DNA from: the human T2T-CHM13v2.0 reference genome, Homo sapiens
Direction: 5' to 3' (one strand)
Length of the DNA stretch: 64,000 nt
NCBI RefSeq assembly: GCF_009914755.1
Contig: NC_060930.1
Positions 39,366-51,264 of the stretch are shown piece after piece (within the stretch, counting starts at the first letter, position 1; each line of letters starts with the position of its first letter). Position numbers and translations under genes: made by a program. The notes beneath the pieces are model-generated. The model did not search any database, was not told where the DNA came from, and worked only from the letters and a program-made list of their open reading frames with translations.

Positions 39366-40984
39366 ATTTTCATTTTCTAAAGAGAAAAATACTTGGTTTA
39401 AATAACCTGATTGATTTTAGGTAGAGAATAAAATATATGTAGAAGTGAAATCTATCTACTATATGTCATTTCTTCAAAATTAATTTAAGATTTCCTTCCA
39501 CTGGCAAATATATTTAAATGTACTGACTAATTAAATTCAGTTTAGTATTTTGTATGGATAGACAAATAGATACAAACAAACAAACAAAAAAAACCAGACA
39601 AATGTATATATAAAGGGTTGTCTCTCCAAACCCAATATTGATAAATTTTTAAATCTTGAAGATGGATCATTTTGATGAAAACACAGGTTTGCAGAAGATA
39701 CTAGGTTGTTATGGGTAAATGTCTGGCTTATAAAAATGGTACTGGATATTCATGCAAAAGCTCCCATCTGATATTAAGTTAAACAAATCGAAATTAAATT
39801 CATTTCAACAAATAGAGGGCCACCTGAGTGCAAAGAAATTTTCCCACTCAGTGTGTTTCTGTGTATCTTTTTTAATTTGTCTAAATCTTTTTAAAACTTT
39901 TAAGCAGAAGCCTCTCTTAGGGTAATATGATCCTTCACTTTAAATCTGAAGTTAAATTTCCTTTTATTTGCTCCAACTGTACATTTCTCTGGTGTCAACA
40001 ACAATTAATTCTAGTAAAATATGATTTGATGATTCTTAGGTCTGTTTTTATATCATCCAAACTTTTTAAAGTTGTTAAATTTTTCTGAACTTATTTTTTC
40101 CAATGTGTATTTTCCCAGCATAAATTGGATCCACGTTAATAGTCTTATTATGTGCTAGCAAATCCATGCCCAGTCTAGAGTGCAATACTCCCAGTCCGTT
40201 GAGTAACTACTATGCCATTTTTACAAATGCTATAGAGGAATAAAGAAGAAATGATAATGTGTAACCTCTCATGAAAGAGATGAAATTCTGGACGGAGAAT
40301 TTGAAATCAAATGACAATTTTTGTTGCATAGTTTTGTTTTGTTTTTGCAGTTTTGGTAAACCTTTGATACCATGAGTGTTTACTACGAGTGAACAAGTCA
40401 CAAGCCTCAGTTAATACAAAAATCTCAGAAATAGTCATTATTGGTTGAATAATTAACCTAGATTATTTCTGTGAGAAATGTGGATGCCCATGAATGATGT
40501 TACATTGCATATGTCTTCTAGTAAAACTGTTTCTAGTTCATACCAATAAAATGAAATATAATGGTGCTTGGTGTTTCTCAAAAGGCCTCATATTTCCCCA
40601 TAAATAACCTGGGTCTAACATACTTGACATCTGCTGTTGTAGTAATGTACAATATATACTCACATATAAATTGGCATGGTACAAATCACATAAGAACTAA
40701 TAGGAATTATTTATAGACGTGAATGGTGACGTGATGTCAAATAATTCTGAAGTGGTGTGTTTGGGATCAATTCTAAAGGAGAAGGAACATGATTTGTCAG
40801 AAAAGGAACTCAGATTGCATAGGAATGAACAAGAGTTGTCTAAGAAAGATGATTGAATTGGGTCAGAGCCAGGAACTTGACCATTTAATGAAACAATGTA
40901 CAGTGAGGCAGGAGAGCAGGAGAGAAAAAAGAAAAGGAATGGAAGGTCTCAAGAGAGTTGAAAAGGGTATCTATAAGAACTTAC

Positions 40985-41167
40985 TAATTGTAGCAGCTGA
41001 CTAAAAGTGGAACGAGCTTCCTAGCAAAGTTGTGATATCCACTGATAGAGATAATAAAGTCAAGAGCGTCTCCTTATAGGATGTTGTTTACGGAATTCAT
41101 ACATTGGGTAGAAGACAAACTAGATGCTTTCTAAGATATGTTCCACCTCTGAAATGCTGTGATTCTC
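40985..41167 (+). mobile_element. L3/CR1 3' end
   Basis: actagatgctttctaagatatgttccacctctgaaatgctgtgattct resembles the CR1/L3 terminus. Confidence 0.6.
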
Positions 41168-41418
41168 CTATTTGTATTGCTAATTAGCCAATGAATATAG
41201 TGTGTGAAAGATATGACAGCACAATTGATTGCTCTGTAATTATAAATTACCCCCTCTGCTAATTACAATGAAGTTTTTTGAAGATTTTTTAAATGAAGCA
41301 GTACATTTCTTTATGGGAAGATTATGTCACATTTTCTAACTGATTTTGTAAATCCCATTTAAAAAATCTCCTCTACTATTAGAAATGACAAATATCAAAA
41401 CTACAATTTTATACTGAG

Positions 41419-41421
<3 letters not shown>

Positions 41422-41467
<46 letters not shown>

Positions 41468-41468
41468 T
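41422..41468. repeat. (TA)n(CA)n microsatellite
   Basis: Directly visible. Confidence 0.95.
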
Positions 41469-43421
41469 ACTTTTTTGGGGGGGATAAGAAGCATTAAAAT
41501 AAATTAAGTAGAATAATTAAAAGCTGTATGTTTAGCTGGTAATTTTTGGAGTGGCACAGATTTTGTTATACACTGTGGTATTCAAAAAAGCCCAGATTTG
41601 TCCCAAGTAAATAAAGAAATGTCTTTTAAATGTTTTCACCTCTAAAAGTCTGGTTTGGTGGTTTTAATATTTTCTTATGTTGCTATATCAGGATATGTAT
41701 CTTGTGCAAAGTGTGGCGAGAACAGTATGTTTACATCAGTGAAGTATGTGGTAACTAGAAGAGCCTAAAAATTGTGATTTATGTTGGCTGTTGGCAATTT
41801 TTTTTTAAAAGTACATTGACTTTGTGAGAATTTTTATGTAAATAAACAAATTCTGGTTTTCATTTCTAATGCTATTTGATTATTTTGTATAACCAAATGG
41901 GGTTTTTTCTTTTTTTTTTTTTGCACCAGAACCAGAAGTAGTGTAATGATTAATATATCCCGCCTCATACTTATTTTAAAGTTGAAATTTTAGGTTTTTA
42001 ATTCAAAGACCCCATTGTATTCTTATCCTATAAAATGAATGGGCTCTGTGCATTAAAATTTTTACCAAATAGATATGGTTTTATGAAATGACAAAATGAC
42101 TAAAGGATGGCTCAAAATCTCTAATGGACTTTTAAAAATTTGTGAAATATCAGAAATCTTGGGAATGTATGACTTTGGAGAAGGATAATGCATAGTAGTG
42201 ATCAGTATCATTTATTATCAGCAGAATGGCAGAACCCAATAAATAATTCACTTTCTTAAGGACCTACTGATACCTAGTGAATCCCTGTGTCATCATCAGC
42301 ATTATTTAAAAGATGGCACAGAAGGAAACATCTGGGAGCCAATTCATCATTTAATTAAATTATCCTGTAATGAAATCTTCTGTAATGAGATTAATTTTAA
42401 TTATTAATCAGGAGTTGACATGGGCACAAGGCATCATTAATAATAAATGAAAGGCTTTGTCTGTTCCATTTCTAAGAAAGAACCTAGTTTACTGCAACGG
42501 TGCTTTTTATACAGCCATGCTGAGTCCTCACAATGTGGCCATCCAAGAAGATGGCTTGATTTTTATTTCAGAACCTAGAGAGAGGATAATTGACCAATAC
42601 CTTCAGATTTGGATTCCAAATTGTTGAAGCAATTTTTGATTTTAAAAATATTTCAAGGATGTCAAGAATAGAAAATGCTTTTTCAGAGTAATTTGGGGGT
42701 AAATTCCTAATTCAGGGACAAAAATGTCGCCTTTTAGAGGCCAAAAATAGGTAATGCAGTCACATTTTGGTATCAGCTATAGGTATGTTATTGTGCTCTT
42801 GTGTGGATGGTCTGTCAGTTCCTGACCTCACCCCAGATCTGCCCCAGTGGGGTCACTGCCTCCGACCAGGGTTATATGGGTAATAAGGAGACGGCAAATC
42901 AGTGGACTTACTTATAATTCAGTGGGAACTCAACAGTGCCCCGGAAGTACTAGCTCTCTGCGTGGTCACCAAACAGAAGCCTTCCTGGAGACTCTGGCCA
43001 TGTCGCCCAATTCTTGTGGCTTCTCCTTTCCCTTAGTTGCCTGAATGGAAGATGGCCATAAAGAGGAGGCTTGAGTCTTGTTCTTTGAAGCCAAGGAAAT
43101 CAGGGTTAGGGCCAAAGTAACAGGAAAGCAGACAGAGGGTCTTTAAGAACAAAACAAAACATAACCTGTTTGTTTCATCACCCTTAATTAAAGTTCTTCT
43201 TTGGATTTCTAATTTTATCTGAACTAAACTCTGAAATCTTTAACAAGGCTTCTCCCACTCCTTCAGCTTTATTTCAGAACACCCCTGCTGTGCCTCCTTT
43301 TCCCAGTTTCTGTCACCCCTGTGCCTTCTCCTCGGCCTGCATATTCATTGTGCTATACTCTCTGTGATATTATTTTGGCAATTGGAAAGTGCCAAGACTT
43401 CTTCCACTTTGAGGCTTTCTT

Positions 43422-43726
43422 TTTTTTTGAGACCAGTCTTGCTCTGTCGCCAGTGTCGCCAGGCTGGAGTGCAGTGGCTTTATCTCAGCTAACTGCTACC
43501 TCCGCCTCCCGGGTTCAAGCTATTCCCCTGCCTCAGCCTCCTGAGTAGCTGGGACTACAGGCATGTGCCACCACGCCCAGCTAAATTTTTTTTTTTTTTT
43601 TGTATTTTAGCAGAGACGGGGTTTCACCATGTTGGCCAGGATGGTCTCAATCTCCTGACCTCGTGATCCGCCCGCGTTGGCCTCCCAGAGTGCTGGGATT
43701 ACAGGCATGAACCACCGCGCCCAGCC
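43422..43726 (-). mobile_element. AluSc
   Basis: ttggccaggatggtctc, gacctcgtgatcc, tgtcgccagg (with 9-nt duplication); 12-bp TSD tgaggctttctt at 43410-43421 and 43727-43738. Confidence 0.95.
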
Positions 43727-43739
43727 TGAGGCTTTCTTA

Positions 43740-44135
43740 TTTGCAGTTGTTTAGTCAGTTCAGTTTCTGCTGCTTTCTCTTGGATCTTTTCCAGATGTGC
43801 TCCTAGGCATCCTTTAGGCCCTAGCTTAGATGTCACTTCCACTGAGAAGCCTTCCGAGATTCCCAGTCTAATTTCTTCCAGTTTGTTATATTCTCTCATG
43901 ACATCCATTGATTCTTTCAATATTGTGCTAAATTATTTTAGACCTACCATGTGCCAAGGCTTTTGCTTTCCTTCCTATAACTTATCAAAATATATAATTA
44001 TATAGTCATCCTCTGTGATTATTGATTTATCTCTCCCACTAGACTGTAAGCCTTGAGAAGGCAAGGATCATGCTGAAACCTTGGCACCATGCCTGGTACA
44101 TAGTATTCCTTAATGAATACTTGATAAGTGAATGA
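43740..44135 (+). mobile_element. L2 3' end
   Basis: agcttagatgtcacttcc...agactgtaagccttgagaaggcaagg...gcctggtacatagta...tgaatgaa. Confidence 0.75.
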
Positions 44136-46254
44136 AAACAACAGAGATGAGAACGTAACAATTTAATCTGTCAGACACTTGAAGGAGCCCCCTTAAGAGG
44201 CAATGCATTTTCCATGCATGGAAATGTTTAAAAAGAGACTAGACAACTCTGTGTTAGATTTGCCTCCAGAGAGAGGACTGACACATGAGAAAGGAAATTG
44301 AAATAGATGACCATAACAGTTTACTCTAATTCTGTGTGGTGGTGGTTCCAACAGCTAGGAAATAATCAATCAATAGTTGCCTATTAATTGACTAAGACAT
44401 TATATCTACTTGGTGACAGTCTCTCAATATTTGCTTTCTTGAAGAAATTGAATATTTTTTCTAATTTATTCTTTAAGCATTTATTCAGAGTACTGTGAAA
44501 ACTGAGACAACTGGTTCAATATTTTAGCCACAGCAATGTCTAACACCAAAGAATCCCTGGGATTCTTTTTTTCCTTTTATTTTATACCAATTATGTTAGC
44601 AAGAACACTTAATATATTATAATAGTGATGAATGTATAGAAAAGGGAAAATAAGTAACATGATCATTGTAGTGAGTAATATCTGATTAGGTTGTACTGTA
44701 AATTTTGAATGTTACTACTATGTAAAGACAAACTTTTTTTCAGATAGCTAAGCTAATCTTGCCTTCTGAAAAAAGGTTTTTTTAGGGTAAGGAACTTTAC
44801 TGGTGGGCTCTATGTATACTAAGGAAATCTTTCTTTTAATTGGTAAAATTCCACTGATTGGTAAAATTCCACTGCTCTCAGCTATCTTTCAATCTTGACC
44901 ACTTAGTGTAATTAAAAAGACAGAGCAGAACAACATTGAGCCTCCTTATAGTTCTCCAGCCCAGTTTGCCATTCAGTCCGTGAAAATGAGTCAGTCTTGG
45001 GGAGGATATTTCCCACATGGCTTAATAACTTTAAACTTACAAGAGAACAGAAATTCGAATTAGCAGATGCATATGCTAAAAGAAAAACATCTTTTTTAAA
45101 AAATCCGATTTTAAAGACTAAATTGTCTGTGATGTGCCTCAAAGGCACATAGGGACAGAATTCGTGTAACTCCTCACATTCTTGTGCCTGAGAGAAGAGA
45201 GTCAAACCACTAGTGTTTTGGAACCAGAGATTTAAAACAGCCTAGTCCAGAATGGAACTTTTCTTTCAATGTGATTTGTTCATTTGCAGGTTAGTGGTAA
45301 TAGTAAGACTGTCACAGTAGGATTTTTTTGTTGTTGTTCTTGAGGGATATCTGGAAATTGTATTAGTAATTGTGATTAGCAGGCTCTACCTGAATGTATT
45401 TTCCTGCTACCATGTGTCTAGTTGGCATGTGTCACCAGGGCTGAACATTTTAGCACAAACTCGAAGTTGTATTGTGTTTCAGTAGTTTTCCTACATGAGT
45501 CTGCATTTGCCAATCTACCTATTTGATCTCTCTTAGCAAGGAAAAAAAGAACCCTAGTGACCTGCACCAAATTCTTTATAAAATGGACTATTGAAAATAA
45601 GCCTAATGAAAGCTTATTTTATTAAGGCTGTATTATGTACTCTGAAGATCTTGGTAAGTATTAGTATAAATATTAGAAATAATACCTATATAAAGAATAT
45701 TTTATGATCCAGTTGTCTTTGGTTGAAAATTTGCTTTTACTGCTGAAATTTAAAAATCAAGCCAGCTACATATAGCTACAAATAGCTACATATAGCTCTA
45801 GCTAATAAATAATACTCTTTAGCTAGTTTTAGGAATGAGAAGTCATCAAAGTGCTAATTGACCATTTGATATAGCTTTTGCTATGGTACAATGTGTTTGT
45901 TAGGTGAGAGAATTCTTATTCCACAAAAGAAAGGATAATTATATTTAGCTATGGCTGATGACCTGGAAGAGGCCTTTTTGCATTTCCTTTTTTCAAGATA
46001 GTTTATTGATCTGGATCACTAAAAGAAAATTAAACATCTGAAAAACAAAAAACTGGAAGAACTGCAGTAGTGGTTCAGCAATGCACCTGTGTATACCTAG
46101 GGCTTTGCTTCTCCTTTTTGGCTAATTACAGAAGGACTCAACAATAAGTGCTCAAGACTTTGATTGCTAGTTTATACATCTTTATATACACTTTCATTCT
46201 ATCTTTAAATTGTCCTAAACATAAGTGAAAATAATTAGTAACATTATTCATTGG

Positions 46255-46815
46255 GTTCATTTAATTTGTTCAATGGATATTTATTGAGGATCCTACTAAA
46301 TGCCAGGCACTGTTCCTGATGAACAAATGACAGACTCTGTTCTTGCCCTCATGTTGCTTGCAATCAAGTTGTTAAAAGAGGGATAAAGCAAATAACCATG
46401 CAAATAAGTATACAATCCAACTGTCTTAAGTGCTGCAGAGTTAGGTAAGTAGTTAAATGGTTTCTCTGAGGAAGGGATTGATTGAAGACTAAAACTAATA
46501 AATAGGAATTAAGTAGGAAGAGGTTCTTGGAGAGGACATTCTAGGTGGGGGAAATAATGTGCACACTCTGTAGCGGGAGGGAGCATGGTGCATTGTGAAT
46601 GGAACCCCGAAAACAAAGTGAAGCATTTGGGTGCAGTAAAGCTGTGCGGGTAAGTAGGGGCCAGGACATCAAGCACTTGTAGGCCACATTTAGGGTCTTT
46701 TTTGTCTTTGTCCCTAGAGCAATAGGAAAGCTTTAACAAGTTAGAGAGACAGTGAGTGAGCATTGCTTTTAGCAAAGGTGACTTTGGCTGTACTTGTAGA
46801 CCATAGGTTAGAGGC
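46255..46815 (-). mobile_element. L2 (continues at ~47765-47782 and 48093-48450)
   Basis: atatttattgagg...tgccaggcactgttc...cttgccctcatg; downstream accagtgaggaggctatgc. Confidence 0.75.
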
Positions 46816-46819
46816 ATTA

Positions 46820-47764
46820 ATAAAGGATAAAACATAATGATTGTGATTTATTATAACACAAATGGAAGAAATTAAAATTCATGAATCCAAAATGATGCTT
46901 GAGGATTGGGTAGGGTAGAGGAAAGCTCTGCTTTACAGAAAAATGCCAACTATTATAAATAGAAAGAATGATGGGGTGTCACCATTTTTGCAGTTCCCAA
47001 TAGGATAACTGATCAGGGTGTCATTAACAGATGCTAAAATTGTTAGAGGAATGTTTTTGGGGAATAATATAGTCCTGTGGTGCCAAAATCCTGCTCTAAA
47101 GACTGTTTACTAATAAGAGAGGAAAAAATGTGACTTTACAGTGATAATATATCAGAGTCACCACTTTAATCAAGGGATTAGATTTAACTTCACAATTAGT
47201 GGTACAGCCTGGTATCACAGATTGTGTGATGTGATAGAATATGGAGTACCTAACCTTACAAAGGAAGTGTTTCTACAAAAGAAGAAAAAAGTCAAACCTG
47301 ACCACAATCAAGCCTCTAAACAGAACTCTGCGTCTGTAGAGAATGTAAGAAATGGAGGATGAATTAAATTATACCATAAGGTGAGACATTCTATAAGAAT
47401 CCTAGAGTGGATATTTCAGACAAGATTAAAGACATGCAACAGCCAACAACCAAACGAACAATTGTATTTTGGTTTTAGAAAGCTATCAAAGACCTTCTTA
47501 GTACAATTGGAGATATTAGAGGATTTTATGGTATTGTTAATTTTTATAGGTTTGATAGGAGATCATGTATGTTTACTGGTGAAATCTGACATATGCAACT
47601 TATTTCCAAACGATTTAAAAGCAATGATACATATAAGGTACAGATAAGATACATATGGAAACATGTTAAGAACTGTGGAATTTTGGAGGACAATATCTAA
47701 GTGTTCATTGTACTAATCTTTCAATTTTTTTGCATCTATGAAAATTTTTACAATAAAAAGTTGG
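46820..47764 (+). mobile_element. L1MC4/MC5-like 3' end
   Basis: aaaattcatgaatcc, ccactttaatcaag, aatcaagcctcta; ends gtgttcattgtactaatctttcaa...aaaatttttacaataaaaagttgg. Confidence 0.8.
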
Positions 47765-48002
47765 AGAGAGAGAGTAGATGGCAGGCTGGGTAGTTACTTG
47801 CTTCACCCTATGCATCTGGCCGAAAACAGAGTTTCTGGTCCTTGGCTAACTACAGCTGTTGGGTAAATCTTTCACCAACTCAGAAAGTCACCCCAACATC
47901 TAAAATCCCAATCTGCGAAATTCTCCAGGTTCTGAATACATGCTGTGCTGACATCGGCAGTGTAAATGTGTGTTGTGTGGTCTGAGTCTCAGTTTGTGGA
48001 TA
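47745..48002. repeat. Inverted duplication, left arm (258 bp)
   Basis: Base-by-base reverse complement of 48695-48947 except 2 substitutions and one 5-nt indel. Confidence 0.97.
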
Positions 48003-48694
48003 CCTCCAGCGGGAACCTGGGGCTTAAGGTTGAATAGTGTCTGTAGCAGAGAGAGTCTTTGTGCTTGATTTAAACTACACAGAATGGATGGCTGTGGAAC
48101 ACCAGTGAGGAGGCTATGCGGTAGACCTGATAGCAGAAAATGTGATAGCTTCATACCAGGATGCTAGGATGAGAGAGAGAAGCACAAGATATGAGAAATG
48201 AATAAATTTTAGGTGGTAAAAAATGACTGGACTTCATATTATATTGTTAATAGGGGAATAAGACAGAGAGGGATTTAATGCATGACTCGCTGGTTTTTTA
48301 TTTGTATAAATGGAAGAATGTTGGTGTCAGACACAGAGGTCAGAAGTCTGAAAGTGGGCAAGTTTGGGAAGAAAGATCCAAGATTTGGTATTAGACATCA
48401 TGGGTTTTGCAATCAAAATGGAAATGTGTCATTTGTATATATTGGGTAGTTAAACACAGCTTAAATGGAAAAACAGACCTTCAGAAAGTACTGTAGTACA
48501 TTAATTTTGCACAAAGTAGCACTAATTTGATACACATCTCTAATTGCTCTCACTTAAAGCAGTTTCAAGACAAATAATAAACTCTTTTTAATTGCAATGT
48601 TGTAAAAAACACTTTTCTATGCTGTTTATTCTCTAGGAAACTATGCTATATAAAAATATTATATAAGCTATTCCTTTTCCAGAATTTGTTCAGA

Positions 48695-48947
48695 TATCCA
48701 CAAACTGAGACTCAGACCACACACATTTACGCTGCCGATGTCAGCACAGCATGTATTCAGAACCTGGAGAATTTCGCAGATTGGGGTTTTAGATGTTGGG
48801 GTGACTTTCTGAGTTGGTGAAAGATTTACCCAACAGCTGTAGTTAGCCAAGGACCAGAAACTCTGTTTTCGGCCAGATGCATAGGGTGAAGCAAGTAACT
48901 ACCCAGCCTGCCATCTACTCTCTCTCTCCAACTTTTTATTGTAAAAA
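48695..48947. repeat. Inverted duplication, right arm (253 bp)
   Basis: Reverse complement of 47745-48002. Confidence 0.97.
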
Positions 48948-49095
48948 GAACATTCATTCTTTGTAGGAGTTAGAAAAAGCTAAAAACTTACTTTAGAGCT
49001 TACTTTGTGGGCTTACCATCTAGTCATTAGCTTAAAAATTACCAAAATATTTCTACCGCAAGTAATAGATACCCATTTTAGAAACATTGAAAATT

Positions 49096-49158
49096 TTTAA
49101 TGAGTAAATAGAAAAAAAGGTCACTCAATTTAATGAGTAAATAGAAAAAAAGGTCACT
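49096..49158. repeat. Tandem duplication, 2 x 30 bp (period 33)
   Basis: tttaatgagtaaatagaaaaaaaggtcact at 49096-49125 and 49129-49158. Confidence 0.95.
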
Positions 49159-51264
49159 ACATCAATTGGCATTTGATGTAGATAGTTTGTACTCATTTTA
49201 AACTTAAAATCTGTTTGTGCCTTACATGTAGTGAATGAAATAATTACTTTTTGTACTATGTGTATTTTACTATAGTTCTTCAATGAGAGGTAACTAGATG
49301 GTTTATGTCACTTCACTTGAATGTGTATTTATATTCCAGGATGGCTCTGTCAGGAAGTTTTCTACTTATTTATAGTGATAACAATTCATACAAATTAAGC
49401 CTTTTATTTTTACCTCTAGGAGTTAGATATCATAATCATTCAGCCTCTATTAAATCTATAGTCACAGAAAAATGATATAAAACCATGAATCCTGCTACAA
49501 CACTTTGGATGTGTTGTACTTTTACCCACTGTCACAAATAATTTAAAATAATTTCTAAGGAAACATCATGGCAGCCCCAGTTGGTGGTGCTTAGTGTTTA
49601 ACTACAGCATGATGACTACAGAAGAGGTAACAATTTTAGTTCTTGCTAAAACTAAACAATATTACATGGATGCACATACACATAATACAATTCAGAAAAT
49701 TATCACCAATTGCTTCTTTTTTTTTTTGTCTTCTCAGAAATGGGCAGATGGATTATGTACTAAAAATATAAACCCTTAAGAATCAGGTTTATCCTGTAAA
49801 GAAGGTGATGTCTCTGGGCATCACTTGGCTCTTTTGTAAATTGATTGTCACTTCATTTTTATCGTTATCAGTAAACCTTATTAGGTGCTGAAATCAGTGC
49901 TGGGGGTGCAGGGTCAGGTAAGGAAAGCATGTGCTGTGTATCAGGAGACCTGGCCACAAACTTGTCATATGTCTCTACATAAGTTATTATTGATGAAATC
50001 ATTGTTTGGTGAGAGTTTGGATAGCCTGTATAGGGAACTAGCTAAGTAGTTGGGAAAAGGAACTGAAGCAGGACAAGGTAATAAAGTGCATCAAGATAGA
50101 CCCCAGGCCCATTTGGTTAGCATCTCTGAAGGAGACAAGTTCAAATACCAAGCTCAAAGAGCTGGTAGAACGAGTGGAGCTGTATATTCAAAGTACCTAA
50201 GCAGTTGCTATGAATACCAGTGTGAGGTTCACTGTTTGCCTTTAAAGACCAGCAAGTGTGTAATGGTTGCAGTTAGGTCAGACTGTATGGATAGAGGTAG
50301 TACAGAGCCATTAGTGGAAGAATATTAAATTTGTTTGTTTTTAGAATTGGGGAAATATGATAACATGTGTCTGTAAAGCAGAGGTTGTCCCTGGAGAGGA
50401 GAAGGAAATATGCAAGAGAAATGGGGGGAATAAGTTATACTTGCTTATTGGAAAAATTAGGCTCTGAAAGGATGACCATGGATTCTTGGCTGCCTAATGA
50501 AACACGACAGCCAGAAAGGGCCTGTGGTAAGTGGTCAGGGCAGAATGCTCAATAGAATTGTGATTTTTGAGGTGATAAGAAGAGAAAACATTGTATTTAG
50601 AGAGGGACTATTAAGAGTTCTAACTTGGTTGAACTCTTGGTTGATTAATAACAAGTTAGGACAAGTCCAGGTAGGTGTTTATAGGTAGCCAAAGTGGATA
50701 AAAACTGGGAGGACGCTGACTTTGAGGCAGCGAAGGACTGTGCTTACAAGGCAGAAATGCTTAGTAACATGATGTCAAATCATCAGGGACGGTGGCCAAG
50801 GATGGATTACAGAGGTGCATAAAGTAGTTGCTAAAAACAACAAGTAGGTTTGGAAGAGTGCTCCTGGGCTTGATAGAATTTAGCAACCAGTAGGGGTAGA
50901 GGTTAGTATTAATATAAGTGGTGAAAAGACTTAAAAGAGAAGGGGAAGTTACGTCACACTATCAGAAGTAATCATATCCATTACAGGGGTTAAAACGAAA
51001 TTGTCTCTAATGTTAAGACTATATATAGGCTTAATGTGTTAAAACATGGGCAAAAGTCATTCCATGTTTTTTCTGTGTACTAGAGGGACTGTAGGTATAG
51101 ACACAGAAAAACCATTTAAAAGTGAAGCAACGGATGGTATAATCCTGTGTCCTGTTCTTTGCCAAATTGATTTTGGACTATCCCTCTGAATACAAGAATG
51201 GTTCTTCTGCTGCCTTTGCCTCTTTTCACATCTACATAAAGTAGTGCTTACATTTGTTTGGAGT

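Noticed and set aside
44209-44224. 16-bp perfect palindrome tttccatgcatggaaa
   Set aside because: About one such palindrome is expected per 64 kb by chance.
44839-44874. 18-bp tandem duplication attggtaaaattccactg x2 (similar cases at ~7920-7970 and ~45765-45800)
   Set aside because: Ordinary slippage duplications; no unique spacers, so not CRISPR-like.
49738-49804. Strong plus-strand acceptor followed by a possible 67-nt exon
   Set aside because: Stops in all three frames and a weak donor (GTGATG).
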